This document shows positions 38,200-51,820 of a stretch of 64,000 bases of DNA, in pieces. Positions within the stretch are counted from its first letter, which is position 1; every line of letters starts with the position of its first letter. The notes beneath the pieces were generated by a model that made no database searches, had not been told where the DNA came from, and saw nothing but the letters and a program-made list of their open reading frames with translations. Made by a program: the position numbers and the translations under genes. The DNA is from Macrostomum hystrix (lineage: Eukaryota; Animalia; Platyhelminthes): positions 5,146,001 to 5,210,000 of the forward strand of contig CATNEN010000029.1 of the NCBI GenBank assembly GCA_950097015.1. Reading direction: 5' to 3'.

Positions 38200-38985
38200 A
38201 AAGTTCTTTAGTCTCAAAGTTCTTTAGTCCCAAAGTTCTTTAGTCTCAAAGTTCTTTAGTCCCAAAGTTCTTTAGTCCTGAAGTTCTTTAGTCCCAAAGT
38301 TCTTTAGTCCCAAAGTTCTTTAGTCCCAAAGTTATTTAGTCCCAAAGTTCTTTAGTCCCAAAGTTCTTTAGTCCCAAAGTTCTTTAGTCCCAAAGTTCTT
38401 TAGTCCCAAAGTTCTTTAGTCCCAAAGTTCTTTAGTCCCAAAGTTCTTTAGTCCCAAAGTTATTTAGTCCCAAAGTTCTTTAGTCCTGAAGTTCTTTAGT
38501 CCCAAAGTTATTTAGTCCCAAAGTTCTTTAGTCCTGAAGTTCTTTAGTCCCAAAGTTATTTAGTCCCAAAGTTCTTTAGTCCCAAAGTTATTTAGTCCCA
38601 AAGTTCTTTAGTCCCAAAGTTATTTAGTCCTGAAGTTCTTTAGTCCCAAAGTTCTTTAGTCCCAAAGTTCTTTAGTCCCAAAGTTCTTTAGTCCCAAAGT
38701 TCTTTAGTCCCAAAGTTATTTAGTCCCAAAGTTCTTTAGTCCTGAAGTTCTTTAGTCCCAAAGTTATTTAGTCCCAAAGTTCTTTAGTCCTGAAGTTCTT
38801 TAGTCCCAAAGTTATTTAGTCCCAAAGTTATTTAGTCCCAAAGTTATTTAGTCCCAAAGTTATTTAGTCCCAAAGTTATTTAGTCCCAAAGTTATTTAGT
38901 CCCAAAGTTCTTTAGTCCCAAAGTTATTTAGTCCCAAATTTCTTTAGTCCCAAAGTTCTTTAGTCCCAAAGTTCTTTAGTCCCGA
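38200..38985. repeat. 16-bp minisatellite
   Basis: Unit agtcccaaagtt(c/a)ttt. Confidence 0.97.
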
Positions 38986-39477
38986 AGAAAAAAGCTGCGA
39001 ATGATGAAACTAATGTCAGACCGAGTTTATCCATTCGTGTTATCTCAAATGACGCAATTGCTCAGACAAATATCGCAGAAGGTTAAAACGGTGCTTTTAA
39101 AGTAGGAAGGATCTATCTAGCTAGCTAGCCAAGTCATAGGTTGAGAGGTCAGAGTTCAAAGTCAATGCCTACAGCTGGCAGTGCAAGTTATAAAATTCTG
39201 ACTCGACTGTGCCTCGGGTGTGACGGCCCTACGACACTTATTTTCACCTCTCAAGACAAAAGTCTTGATCCCAATCAAGACTTATTGCTTTGATTTATTC
39301 ACAGGAAAATTGCTTTTCCTGAAATTCTTATTAGAAATCCTACTTGAAGTATAAACATCATCACGCAGAATCCCAATCCATATCTCAACTTCTCTTCCCA
39401 GTAGAACCGCAGTCCCTACTCAATGGAGTTTTAATGCATCATTCATTATCGATGACATCTCAATTTAAATCCCAAAT

Positions 39478-39740
39478 CGATCGAATCCTGATTCTAATCC
39501 CAAATCTATCAAATCCTGATTCTAATCCCAAGTCTATCAATTCCTGATTCTAATCCCAAATCTATCAGATCCTGATTCTAATCCCAAATCTATCAGATCC
39601 TGATTCTAATCCCAAATCTATCAGATCCTGATTCTAATCCCAAATCTATCAAATCCTGATTAAAACTCCAAATCTATCAAATCCTGATTCTAATCCCAAA
39701 TCTATCAAATCCTGATTCAAACTCCAAATCTACCAAATCC
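39478..39740. repeat. 28-bp minisatellite
   Basis: Unit tctaatcccaaatctatcagatcctgat. Confidence 0.92.
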
Positions 39741-40134
39741 CAGTTCACATCCCCAATTCATAAATACCAACGCAAATCCCAAATCTGGAAAAACCCGATT
39801 CCTGAGGCATCAGCCTTAAAAAAATTGTGCCTTTTTCAAGCCATTTTTGTCAGCGATCTTTTTAAAATATGCAGCCTTGCCCCTAAATGGACTATTTTAG
39901 TGGTTTTTCGCTCGCTTTGACTGACAACTGCGGCTGCCGCGACTACGTATTGCCGGACATTCATCAGGCTTTCACTTTCAGCTGTCGCTGTCCTTTTTTA
40001 GGGAAATGAAAGTGCAGATGAGGCATTCTAAATTATCGCACCTAAGGTCCACGTTAAATTGGGAACTAATATATACCAGCTGTACCAAAATGTTTAAATT
40101 GGCGCTAAATGGAACTTCTATTCCTCCACTACAA

Positions 40135-41915
40135 TCTCCTGAATCTTTGTCTCCTGAATCTCTCCCTCATGAATCTCTCTCCTGAATCTCGCTCTCCTGA
40201 ATCTCTCTCTCCTGAATCTCTCTCTCCTGAAACTCTCTCCTTATCCCTGTCCTGAATCTCTCTCTCCTGAATCTCTCTCTCCTGAATCTCTCTCTCCTAA
40301 ATCTCTCTCTCCTGAATCTCTCTCTCCTGAATCTCTCTCCTGAATCTCTCTCCTGAATCTCTCTCCTGAATCTCCTTCCTGAATCCGTGTCCTGAATTTC
40401 TCTCTCCTGAATCTCTGTCTCCTGAAACTCTCTCCTTATCCCTGTCCTGAATCTCTCTCTCCTGAATCTCTCTCCTGAATCTCTCTCTCCTGAAACTCTC
40501 TCCTGAATCTCTCTCCTTATCCCTGTCCTGAATCTCTGTCTCCTGAATCTCTCTCTCCTGAATCTCTGTCTCCTGAATCTCTCTCTCCTGAATCTCTGTC
40601 TCCTGAATATCTGTCTCCTGAATCTCTCTCTCCTGAAACTCTCTCCTGAATCTCTCTCCTTATCCCTGTCCTGAATCTCTGTCTCCTGAATCTCTCTCTC
40701 CTGAATCTCTGTCTCCTGAATCTCTCTCTCCTGAATCTCTGTCTCCTGAATATCTGTCTCCTGAATCTCTGTCTCCTGAATCTCTCTCTCCTGAATCTCT
40801 CTCCTGAATCTCTCTCCTGAATCTCTTTCCTGAATCCGTGTCCTGAATCTCTGTCTCCTGAATCTCTGTCTCCTGAATCCCTGTCCTGAAAATCTCTCTC
40901 CTGAATCTCTCTCTCCTGAATCTCTCTCTCCTGAATCTCTCCCTCCTGAATCTCTCTCCTTATCCCTGTCCTGAATCTCTCTCTCCTGAATCTCTCTCTC
41001 CGGAATCTCTCTCTCCTGAAACTCTCTCCTGAATCTCTCTCTCCAGAACCTCTCTTATGTATCCCTGTCCTGAATCTCTCTCCTTATCCCTGTCCTGAAT
41101 CTCTCTCTCCAGAACCTCTCTCATGTATCCCTGTCCTGAATCTCTCTCCTTATCCCTGTCCTGAATCTCTCTCTCCTGAATCTCTCTCTCCTGAATCTCT
41201 CTCTCCTAAATCTCTCTCTCCTGAATCTCTCTCCTGAATCTCCTTCCTGAATCCGTGTCCTGAATTTCTCTCTCCTGAATCTTTGTCTCCTGAATATCGG
41301 TCTCCTGAATCTCTCTCTCCTGAATCTCTCTCCTGAATCTCTTTCCTGAATCCGTGTCCTGAATCTCTGTCTCCTGAATCTCTGTCTCCTAAATCCCTGT
41401 CCTGAAAATCTCTCTCCTGAATCTCTTTCCTGAATCCAAGTCCTGTATCTCTGTCTCCTGAATCATTGTCTCCTGAATCTCGGTCTCCTGAATTTCTCTC
41501 CCGAATCTCTGTCTCCTGAATCCCTCTCCTGAATCTCTCTCCTGAAAATCTCTCTCCTGAATCTCTCTCTCCTGAATCTCTTTCCTGAATCCGCGTCCTG
41601 AATCTATGTCTTGAATCTCTTTCCTGAATCCGCGTCCTCAATCCCTGTCCTGAATCTCTCTCCTGAATCCTTGTTCTGAATCTCTCTCTTGAATCCCTGT
41701 CCTGAATCTCTTTCCTGAATACGTGTCCTGAATCTCTCTCTCCTGAATCTCTCTCTCCTGAATCTCTCTCTCCTGAATCCCTGTCCTGAATCTCTGTCTC
41801 CTGAATATCTTTCCTGAATCCGTGTCCTGAATCTCTCTCTCCTGAGTCCCTGTCCTGAATCTCTGTCTCCTGAATATCTTTCCTGAATCCGTGTCCTGAA
41901 TCTCTCTCTCCTGAA
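40135..41915. repeat. ~15-bp pyrimidine-rich minisatellite
   Basis: Unit cctgaatctctctct with variable (CT)n. Confidence 0.96.
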
Positions 41916-42351
41916 TCTCTCTTGTGAAAGTCTTTCTCCTGATAACTTACTCACTAAACTGTTTAGAATCCGGATCAAACCAGTTTTAGACAGACTTGAG
42001 GTCAAGCGGCACTCAAAATTGCTCAAATATAGTTCGGAATTCTTTTTTTTGAACTTTTTCTTGCTTAAACACATTTTTGGTCTTATGTAACTGAAATATC
42101 GGTTGTCGTGTCAAAAACTGTTTATATCGAGCTGATCGTATAGATAATAGCAAACAGACCAGAGTATTAAAGAACGTGTAACAGGGATGCTCACATACTC
42201 ATTATAGAAAATAGTTGGCACAAGCAGGTCCATGCAACGTGCTTCAGTATCATTCTGTATCGTGTTTTTAACAAGCTGTTTGTACCGACAGAATGAAACA
42301 AAGTCTAAGTGCAATGTCGCTTTTCATTTCAATTCTAATCTCTTTAAATTC

Positions 42352-43200
42352 CCAATCCATTCTCATTAGAACCCCAATCCATTCTCATTTGAATCCCAAT
42401 CCATTCTCATTAGAACCCCAATCCATTCTCATTTGAATCCCAATCCATTCTCATTAGAGTCCCAATCCATTTCCATTAGAGTCCCAATCCATTCCTATTA
42501 GAATCCCAATCCATTTCCATTAGAATCCCAATCCATTTCCATTAGAATCCCAATCCATTCCCATTAGAGTCCCAATCCATTCCTATTAGAGTCCCAATCC
42601 ATTCCCATTAGAGTCCCAATCCATTTCCATTAGAGTCCCAATCCATTCCTATTAGAATCCCAATCCATTCCCATTAGAATCCCAATCCATTTCCATTAGA
42701 GTCCCAATCCATTCCCATTAGAATCCCAATCCATTCCCATTAGAATCCCAATCCATTTCCATTAGAATCCCAATCCATTCCGATTAGAATCCCAATCCAT
42801 TCCCATTAGAATCCCAATCCATTCCCATTAGAATCCCAATCCATTTCCATTGGAATCCCAATCCATTCCCATTAGAGTCCCAATCCGTTCCCATTAGAGT
42901 CCCAATCCATTCCCATTGGAATCCCAATCCATTCCCATTAGAGTCCCAATCCATTCCCATTAGAATCCCAATCCATTCCCATTAGAGTCCCAATCCATTC
43001 CCATTAGAGTCCCAATCCGTTCCCATTAGAGTCCCAATCCATTCCCATTAGAATCCCAATCCATTCCCATTGGAATCCCAATCCATTCCCATTAGAGTCC
43101 CAATCCATTCCCATTAGAGTCCCAATCCGTTCCCATTAGAGTCCCAATCCATTCCCATTAGAGTCCCAATCCATTCCTATAAGAATCCCAATCCCCAATC
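42352..43200. repeat. 22-bp minisatellite
   Basis: Unit aatcccaatccattcccattag. Confidence 0.97.
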
Positions 43201-43761
43201 GAAGTCCCCTCTGACTAGAGCCCTGGCATCAGTCAAAGTTCAATTCAAATTAACAGTAAGCAATCTATAAGCCTCCAACCAACTGCGCAACAGACGCGCA
43301 GCAGGGAGTAAAAACTATTTAAGCGAGCACTCAATAATTCAAGCTGGGTGAAAAAGAAAATTCTAGAATTTCATTTCTGGCGCAATGCTAGCAGGTGACG
43401 TCACTCGCGGGTCCCCAGCCAGCATTCCAGGCGCTGATTTTGGGCTTCCGAGCTAAAAATAGCATCAGCTCAGTGGGCCGCACCCACCCCACCGCCGCAA
43501 CCCGTGCGACCTCGCAGTTTTTTTCGCCTCTTGCGTGGATATTGGGTGAAATGAAACTGGCGTTGCCAACGACGCGGTAGCTAAGGGCAATAAAGAATGC
43601 CGAAGTAGATTGGAATGCGAATTAGTCTATCAATCCGCTAGTTGTGAAAATGACTCTAGACTAAAAATTGGAGTTAATGAAAGCCACACAAATTGCTCTC
43701 TGCCAGCGATTTGAAAGTAGTTAGCCCCTAGTGCTAAATGCTAATTATTAACTTGATTTCT

Positions 43762-43910
43762 CTAAATATACTAAAATTCACGTGTTGTTTGTCTGTCTGT
43801 CTGTCTGTTGGTTATCTCCTCCTAGAATACTGACAAGTCAACTTTGAAACTTATATGGGAAAATGGGAAATTTTCCTGGTCAGGCTATAGGCTATTTTAA
43901 TTCTGAAATT
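43762..43910 (+). mobile_element. Possible 5' part of a non-autonomous Helitron/Helentron-type element
   Basis: tctaaatatactaaaa...(GTCT)n...ttatctcc...gaaactt...ggctatttt resembles the AT-rich head plus tetranucleotide microsatellite of invertebrate Helitron-N/DINE-like elements. A similar head (aatatactaaaa...(GCTT)n...ccgaacggctcaaccgattttcacca) starts at ~45564. Confidence 0.35.
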
Positions 43911-44401
43911 TCAAATTCTAAGATCCTCAAAAAAGCAGAAAAATGATTTCGTAACCTTCTCTGGACACTTTTTTCTTTTGAGCTGAGAAAACTGGAGTCG
44001 GTTAAAGTGGTTGCGCTATCATTTCGGCCTATCTGTTCAGTGTATTTTCTCTCCAGTGGAGGGTTGGCAGTCGGTTTGAAAATGGGGCGGAGAGGTGGCC
44101 GTACGCACATTCTAACTGTCCCTGTGTATTGGCGGAGAGAGGGTGCCGCGAGTTATTTCTATTGAGGGGTCTGATTTGTTCAATATTGAAGTGCGTACAA
44201 TGGGCAGGGCAGAGTTGGCTGGGTTAAAATATAATTTTAAAATTTGCGGGCCTCTCAGTGTAGGCGGAGAAGAATGTACTTATTACTAAAAAACTGGCTG
44301 CCCTTTGCGCTAAAGGCAATGAAATTTCAACTGTGAATTGTGCTTTTGCTTTTTAACATTTGAAAAGAACTGAGTCGATTTGAGATCAGGCGATCGGAGC
44401 C

Positions 44402-45520
44402 GCGATGGGAGATGAGGCGATGGGAGATTAGGCGATGGGAGATCAGCCGATGGGAGATCAGGCGATGGGAGATTAGGCGATGGGAGATTAGGCGACGGGA
44501 GATGAGGCGATGGGAGATGAGGCGATGGGAGATGAGGCGATTGGAGATGAGGCGATGGGAGATCAGCCGATGGGAGATCAGCCGATGGGAGATCAGCCGA
44601 TGGGAGATTAGGCGATGGGAGATGAGGCGATGGGAGATCAGGCGATGGGAGATGAGGCGATGGGAGATGAGGCGATGGGAGATGAGGCGATGGGAGATGT
44701 GGCGACGGGAGATGAGGTGATGGGTGATCAGGTGAAGGGAGATGAGGCGATGGGAGATGAGGCGATGGGAGATTAGGCGATGGGAGATGAGGCAATAGGA
44801 GATGAGGCGATGGGACATCAGGCGATAGGAGATGAGGCGATGGGAGATGAGGCGATGGGAGATGAGACGGTGGGAGATCAGGCGGAGGAAGATCAGGCGA
44901 GGGGAGATCAGGCGATGGGAGATCAGGCGATGGGAGATCGGGCGATGGGAGATGAGGCGATGGGAGATCAGGCGATGGGAGATGAGGGGATGGGAGATCA
45001 GGCGATAGGAGATGAGGCGATGGGAGATGAGGTGATGGGAGATGAGACAGTGGGAGATCAGGCGGGGGAAGATCAGGCGATGGGAGATCAGGCGATGGGA
45101 GATGAGGCGATGGGAGATTAGGCGATGGGAGATCAGGCGATAGGAGATGAGGCGATGGGAGATGAGACGATGGGAGATGATGCGATGGGAGATTAGGCGA
45201 TGGGAGATGAGGTGATGGGTGATCAGGTGATGGGAGATGAGGCGATGGGAGTTGAAGCGATGGGAGATGAGGCGATGGGAGATCAGGCGATGGGAGATCA
45301 GGCGATGGGAGATCAGGCGATGGGAGATGAGGGGATGGGAGATCAGGCGACGGGAGATGAGGCGATGGGAGATGAGGCGATGGGAGATGAGGCGATGGGA
45401 GATGAGGCGATGGGAGATGAGGCGATGGGAGATGAGGCGATGGGAGATTAGGCGATGGGAGATTAGGCGATGGGAGATCAGGCGATAGGAGATGACGCGA
45501 TGGGAGATCAGGCGATGGGA
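44402..45520. repeat. 15-bp minisatellite
   Basis: Unit ggcgatgggagat(g/c/t)a. Confidence 0.97.
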
Positions 45521-46207
45521 GTTCTCTCCTCTCAACCTCCTCCGGAGGAGGAGTTTAGCTCGTAATATACTAAAAATGAAATGCTTGCTTGCTTGCTTGG
45601 TTGCTTGCTTGTAATTGATTTTCTTCCGAACGGCTCAACCGATTTTCACCATTTCTTCACCAAAAGATGCCAAATATGGGGACAATTTTACACGTATTTT
45701 TATTAAGCTTAACTTTATTGCTAAGGGGATTAAATATTCGAAAAACATGTTTTTTGACCATTTCAAAGGTCAAACTATCTTGGCCTATTGAGAATTTCAT
45801 TCACTGACTGCCACTGAATTGGAATTGCATCGTCAAATTGCGCAACAACCCCTAGCTGATTGAATTTAAAGCCTGCACTCTGGAGACAAATTGGAAATAA
45901 ATGTACACAACCAACCGCGAGACTGAGTGTACTCTATTTTCTCACTTCATTGTACAAAGCCAGAACTTTGAGAATTCATTTTATAAGGCTGATTTCTGCA
46001 CCCACTAACCAACAGTCGGAATAGCCGATGTGTAGGCACTAGGAATAGGTTATAGGCTAGGCTAGGGTTCGATTCTGCACTGCGTCAAATCATTTAGACT
46101 AATTTTCAGCCAGTAGTGATTGAAGACTATTTTAATTTATTTTTTTCATTTCGTAAATAAAATATCATAAATCATAGCACACCTGAGTTTGAATCATTGC
46201 AAAAATA

Positions 46208-47500
46208 GAGTTTGAATCATGGCTAAACCAGAGTCTGAATCATGGCTAAACCAGAGTCTGAATCATGGCTAAACTAGAGTCTGAATCATGGCTAAACCTG
46301 AGTCTGAATCATGGCTACACCAGAGTTTCGATCATGGCTAAACCAGAGTCTGAATCATGGCTACACCAGAGTTTGAATCATGGCTAAACCAGAGTCTGAA
46401 TCATGGCTACACCAGAGTTTGAATCATGGCTAAACCAGAGTCTGAATCATGGCTAAACCAGAGTTTGAATCATGGCTAAACCAGAGTCTGAATCATGGCT
46501 AAACTAGAGTCTGAATCATGGCTAAACCAGAGTCTGAATCATGGCTACACCAGAGTTTCGATCATGGCTAAACCAGAGTCTGAATCATGGCTACACCAGA
46601 GTTTGAATCATGGCTAAACCAGAGTCTGAATCATGGCTACACCAGAGTTTGAATCATGGCTAAACCAGAGTCTGAATCATGGCTAAACCAGAGTTTGAAT
46701 CATGGCTAAACCAGAGTTTCAATCATGGCTAAACCAGAGTCTGAATCATGGCTAAACCAGAGTCTGAATCATGGCTAAACTAGAGTCTGAATCATGGCTA
46801 AACCAGAGTCTGAATCATGGCTACACCAGAGTTTGAATCATGGCTAAACCAGAGTCTGAATCATGGCTACACCAGAGTTTCAATCATGGCTAAACCAGAG
46901 TCTGAATCATGGCTACACCAGAGTTTGAATCATGGCTAAACAAGCGTCTGAATCATGGCTAAAACCAGCGTTTGAATCATGGCTACACCAGAGTTTGAAT
47001 CATGGCTAAACCAGAGTCTGAATCATGGCTACACCAGAGTTTGAATCATGGCTAAACCAGAGTCTGAATCATGGCTACACCAGAGTTTGAATCATGGCTA
47101 AACAAGCGTCTGAATCATGGCTAAAACCAGCGTTTGAATCATGGCTACACCAGAGTTTGAATCATGGCTAAACCAGAGTCTGAATCATGGCTACACCAGA
47201 GTTTGAATCATGGCTAAACCAGAGTCTGAATCATGGCTACACCAGAGTTTGAATCATGGCTAAACCAGAGTCTGAATCATGGCTAAACCAGAGTTTGAAT
47301 CATGGCTAAACCAGAGTTTGAATCATGGCTAAACCAGAGTTTGAATCATGGCTAAACCAGAGTTTGAATCATGGCTGAACCAGAGTTTGAATCATGGCTA
47401 AACCAGAGTTTGAATCATGGCTGAACCAAAGTCTGAATCATGGCTAAACCAGAGTTTGAATCATGGCTAAACCAGAGTTTGAATCATGGTAAAACGAGAG
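46208..47500. repeat. 23-bp minisatellite
   Basis: Unit gaatcatggcta(a/c)accagagt(t/c)t. Confidence 0.97.
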
Positions 47501-47579
47501 TTTGAATTATAGCCCACCAGGGTTTAAAACATGGCGAAACCTGAGTTTGAATCTTGGCTAACCCAGCGTTTGAAAAATC

Positions 47580-50500
47580 AACGTCAACTGGGGAGTCATC
47601 ATCAAAATGGGGATCAAGGTAAACTGGGGGATAATCGTCAACTGGAGGATCTTGGTAAACTGGGGGATCATTGTCAACTGGGGGATAATTGTCAACTGGG
47701 GAATCATCATCAAATGGGGGATCATGGTCAACTTGGGGATCATTGTCAACTAGGGGGATCATTGTCAACTGGGGGATCATTCTCAACTGGGGGATCATGG
47801 TCAACTTGGGAATCATTGTCAACTGGGGGATCTTTGTCAACTGTGGGATCATTGTCAACTGGGGGATCATTGTCAACTGGGGGATCGTTGTCAACCTGGG
47901 GGTTCATTGTCAACTGGGGGATCATTGTCAACTGGGGGATCATTGTCAACTGGGGGATCATCATCAACTGGGGGATCATTGTCAACTGGGGGTTCATTGT
48001 CAACCGGCGGGATCATTGTCAACTGGGGGATCATTGTCAACTGGGGGATCATTGTCAACTTGGGGATCATTCTCAACTAGGGGATCATTGTCAACTGGGG
48101 GATCATTCTCAACTAGGGGATCATTCTCAACTGGGGGATCATTGTCAACTGGGGGATCATTGTCAACTGGGGGATCATTGTCAACTGGGGGATCATTGTC
48201 AACTGGGGGAACATTGTCAACTGGAGGAACATTTTTAACTGGGGATCATCATCAATAGGGAGACTTCATCAACTGGGGGATCATTGTGAACTGGGGGATC
48301 TTTGTTAACTGGGGGCTCATTGTCAACTGGGGGATCATTCTCAACTGGGGGATCATTGTCAACTGGGTGATCATTCTCAACTGGAGGATCATTGTCAACT
48401 GGGGGATCATTCTCAACTGGGGGGAATTGTGTTCAACTGGGGGATCATTGTCAACTGGGGGATCATCATCAACTGGGGGATTATTGTCAACTGGGGGATC
48501 ATTGTCAACTGGGGGATCATTGTCAACTGGGGGATCATTCTCAACTGGGGGATCATTGTCAACTGGGGGATCATTTTCAACTGGGGGATCATCATCAACT
48601 GGGGGATCATCATCAACCGGCGGGATCATTGTCAACTGGGGGATCATTGTCAACTGGGGGGAATTGTGTTCAACTGGGGGATCATTGTGAACTGGGGGAT
48701 CTTTGTTAACTGGGGGATCATTGTGAACTGGGGGATCTTTGTTAACTGGGGGATCATTGTCAACTGGGGGATCATTCTCAACTGGGGGATCATTGTCAAC
48801 TGGGTGATCATCATCAACTGGGGGATTATTGTCAACTGGGGGAACATTGTCAACTGGAGGAACATTTTTAACTGGGGATCATCATCAATGGTGAGACTTC
48901 ATCAACTGGGGATCATTGTGAACTGGGGGATCTTTGTTAACTGGGGGATTATTGTCAACTGGGGGATCATTCTCAACTGGGGGATCATTGTCAACTGGGT
49001 GATCATTCTCAACTGGAGGATCATTGTCAACTGGGGGATCATTGTCAACTGGGGGGAATTGTGTTCAACTGGGGGATCATTGTCAACTGGGGGATCATTG
49101 TCAACTGGGGGATCATTGTAAACTGGGGGATCATTGTCAACTGGGGGATCATTGTCAACTGGGGGATCATTCTCAACTGGGGGATCATTGTCAACTGGGG
49201 GATCATTTTCAACTGGGGGATCATCATCAACTGGGGGATCATCATCAACCGGCGGGATCATTGTCAACTGGGGGATCATTGTCAACTTGGGGATCATTGT
49301 CAACTGGGGGATCATTGTCAACTGGGGGATCATTCTCAACTGGGGGATCATTCTCAACTGGGGGATCATTGTCAACTGGGGGGAATTGTGTTCAACTGGG
49401 GGATCATTGTGAACTGGGGGATCTTTGTTAACGGGGGGATCATTGTGAACTGGGGGATCTTTGTTAACTGGGTGATCATCATCAACTGGGGGATTATTGT
49501 CAACTGGGGGAACATTGTCAACTGGAGGAACATTTTTAACTGGGGATCATCATCAATGGTGAGACTTCATCAACTGGGGATCATTGTGAACTGGGGGATC
49601 TTTGTTAACTGGGGGATCATTGTCAACTGGGGGATCATTCTCAACTGGGGGATCATTGTCAACTGGGTGATCATCATCAACTGGGGGATTATTGTCAACT
49701 GGGGGAACATTGTCAACTGGAGGAACATTTTTAACTGGGGATCATCATCAATGGTGAGACTTCATCAACTGGGGATCATTGTGAACTGGGGGATCTTTGT
49801 TAACTGGGGGATTATTGTCAACTGGGGGATCATTCTCAACTGGGGGATCATTGTCAACTGGGTGATCATTCTCAACTGGAGGATCATTGTCAACTGGGGG
49901 ATCATTGTCAACTGGGGGGAATTGTGTTCAACTGGGGGATCATTGTCAACTGGGGGATCATTGTCAACTGGGGGATCATTGTAAACTGGGGGATCATTGT
50001 CAACTGGGGGATCATTGTCAACTGGGGGATCATTCTCAACTGGGGGATCATTGTCAACTGGGGGATCATTTTCAACTGGGGGATCATCATCAACTGGGGG
50101 ATCATCATCAACCGGCGGGATCATTGTCAACTGGGGGATCATTGTCAACTTGGGGATCATTGTCAACTGGGGGATCATTGTCAACTGGGGGATCATTCTC
50201 AACTGGGGGATCATTCTCAACTGGGGGATCATTGTCAACTGGGGGGAATTGTGTTCAACTGGGGGATCATTGTGAACTGGGGGATCTTTGTTAACGGGGG
50301 GATCATTGTGAACTGGGGGATCTTTGTTAACTGGGTGATCATCATCAACTGGGGGATTATTGTCAACTGGGGGAACATTGTCAACTGGAGGAACATTTTT
50401 AACTGGGGATCATCATCAATGGTGAGACTTCATCAACTGGGGATCATTGTGAACTGGGGGATCTTTGTTAACTGGGGGATTATTGTCAACTGGGGGATCA

Positions 50501-50630
50501 TTCTCAACTGGGGGATCATTGTCAACTGGGGGGTCATTTTCAACTGGGGGATCATTGTCAACTGGGGGATCATTCTCAACTGGGGGATCATTCTCAACTG
50601 GGGGATCATTGTCAACTGTGGGTTCATTGT
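47580..50630. repeat. 18-bp G-tract minisatellite with an internal 863-bp duplication
   Basis: Unit gggggatcattgtcaact; identical ORF-track entries offset by 863 bp (48902/49765, 49024/49887). Confidence 0.97.
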
Positions 50631-51443
50631 AGCTTTAAAAAGCTGTAAATTCAGCTGCTAAAAAGTATATACTAGACGAATTAAAAGTATTTCTGCTCCC
50701 CGAAGGGGGGCAAAACTTGCTAGTCATTTACTCAAACTTCACCGAGGAAGCATTTGAGTACAGTGTGAGATTGAAATCAAACTGATAAGTCCGAGGGTTC
50801 ATAGCAGTTGCACTGCATAGCAGCAAAAGACAGAACACATTTTATTTGGCCGCATTAAAAAAATTGCAGCTTAAAGAAAATGCTTTGTGTTTTCATATTC
50901 AGTAGTTTGAGGCAGAATGTTTTCGCATGCGTTACGTTAAAGTACAGCGTAGGTAACTGCTTCGGAATCGGCCTGAGGCTCAACTAGAAAGCAAGCAAAA
51001 ATTAAAACAAATCAACGATCATATAGTGCAAGAAGTAGTGCTCAAATTGGCGAGCATTAAAATCAGGCATAGACTAAAATTAATCGAAAGTAGAACTTCA
51101 AGGCAGCTGTGCAGAGAGCAAAAGTGCACAATTTTGAGGTCGGCAGGCAGTTTATGTTACGCGATTAATATGCATATGAGAAGGAAAAACAACATGGAAT
51201 TTGATTTAATGAAAACAAAAAATAACCAAGAATAAATCACATTTTTGCTGCGAGTTTTGCATATAGAGAGACTGCGCGACAACTGCGCCACGGAGGCTTC
51301 GTTGTAGTTTGGATTTTCAATTCTCGATCACACTGGCTTGATCAAATCGACTTTTATAGTGACACATCGTTAAAATTGTCCTTCGGTCATGACTTTGAGC
51401 AGGTTGGCAACCAATCAATCATTGGGATCTGGGACTACTGGAA

Positions 51444-51746
51444 TCAGCACTTCAGCCAGGCTGGCGGAGTCTTGCCCTGCTTCCTATACCTGTTGCACTC
51501 GTACGCTCGCATGAGCACATTCTCAGGTCCGCGCCGCTTCCGGTTGAGCACGGCCTCGCCGACATCCGGGCGCTGCCTCATCAGGTAGGTCAGCGATTGC
51601 GCAACAGCCAGACGATTGTCTTCAATCGGTTCGGCGTTCAAATCGAGTAGCAACGCTTTCGAAGGCGACAGGGCGACGGCGTCCAGGACTGGTAGGAGGA
51701 CCATCGATAGCGCCAGACAGAATTGAAGGCCTGTGTTGAGTAGCAT
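51444..51746 (-). CDS. Secreted prepropeptide, copy 1 (100 aa; signal peptide, RKRR, 28-aa two-Cys mature peptide GPENVLMRAYECNRYRKQGKTPPAWLKC)
   Basis: Intronless ORF with a hydrophobic N-terminus, an acidic pro region and a furin-type R-K-R-R at residues 69-72. A paralogue lies 2.96 kb away, and TATA plus Inr lie upstream. Confidence 0.8.
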   Translation of the reverse strand: MLLNTGLQFCLALSMVLLPVLDAVALSPSKALLLDLNAEPIEDNRLAVAQSLTYLMRQRPDVGEAVLNRKRRGPENVLMRAYECNRYRKQGKTPPAWLKC

Positions 51747-51820
51747 AGCTTCGTCAAATAGCTGTCAGTGTTCTCTTGGCTGTGTCTCTAATTGTCTCTC
51801 TCTCTCTCGGTCAAGTGAAG

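Noticed and set aside
46020-46090. B-box-like GGGTTCGATTCT
   Set aside because: No convincing A box or cloverleaf; not called a tRNA.
44310-50661. Many overlapping repetitive ORFs (LISHR, MIPQLT, NWGII and others)
   Set aside because: Open in several frames simply because the monomers lack stops.
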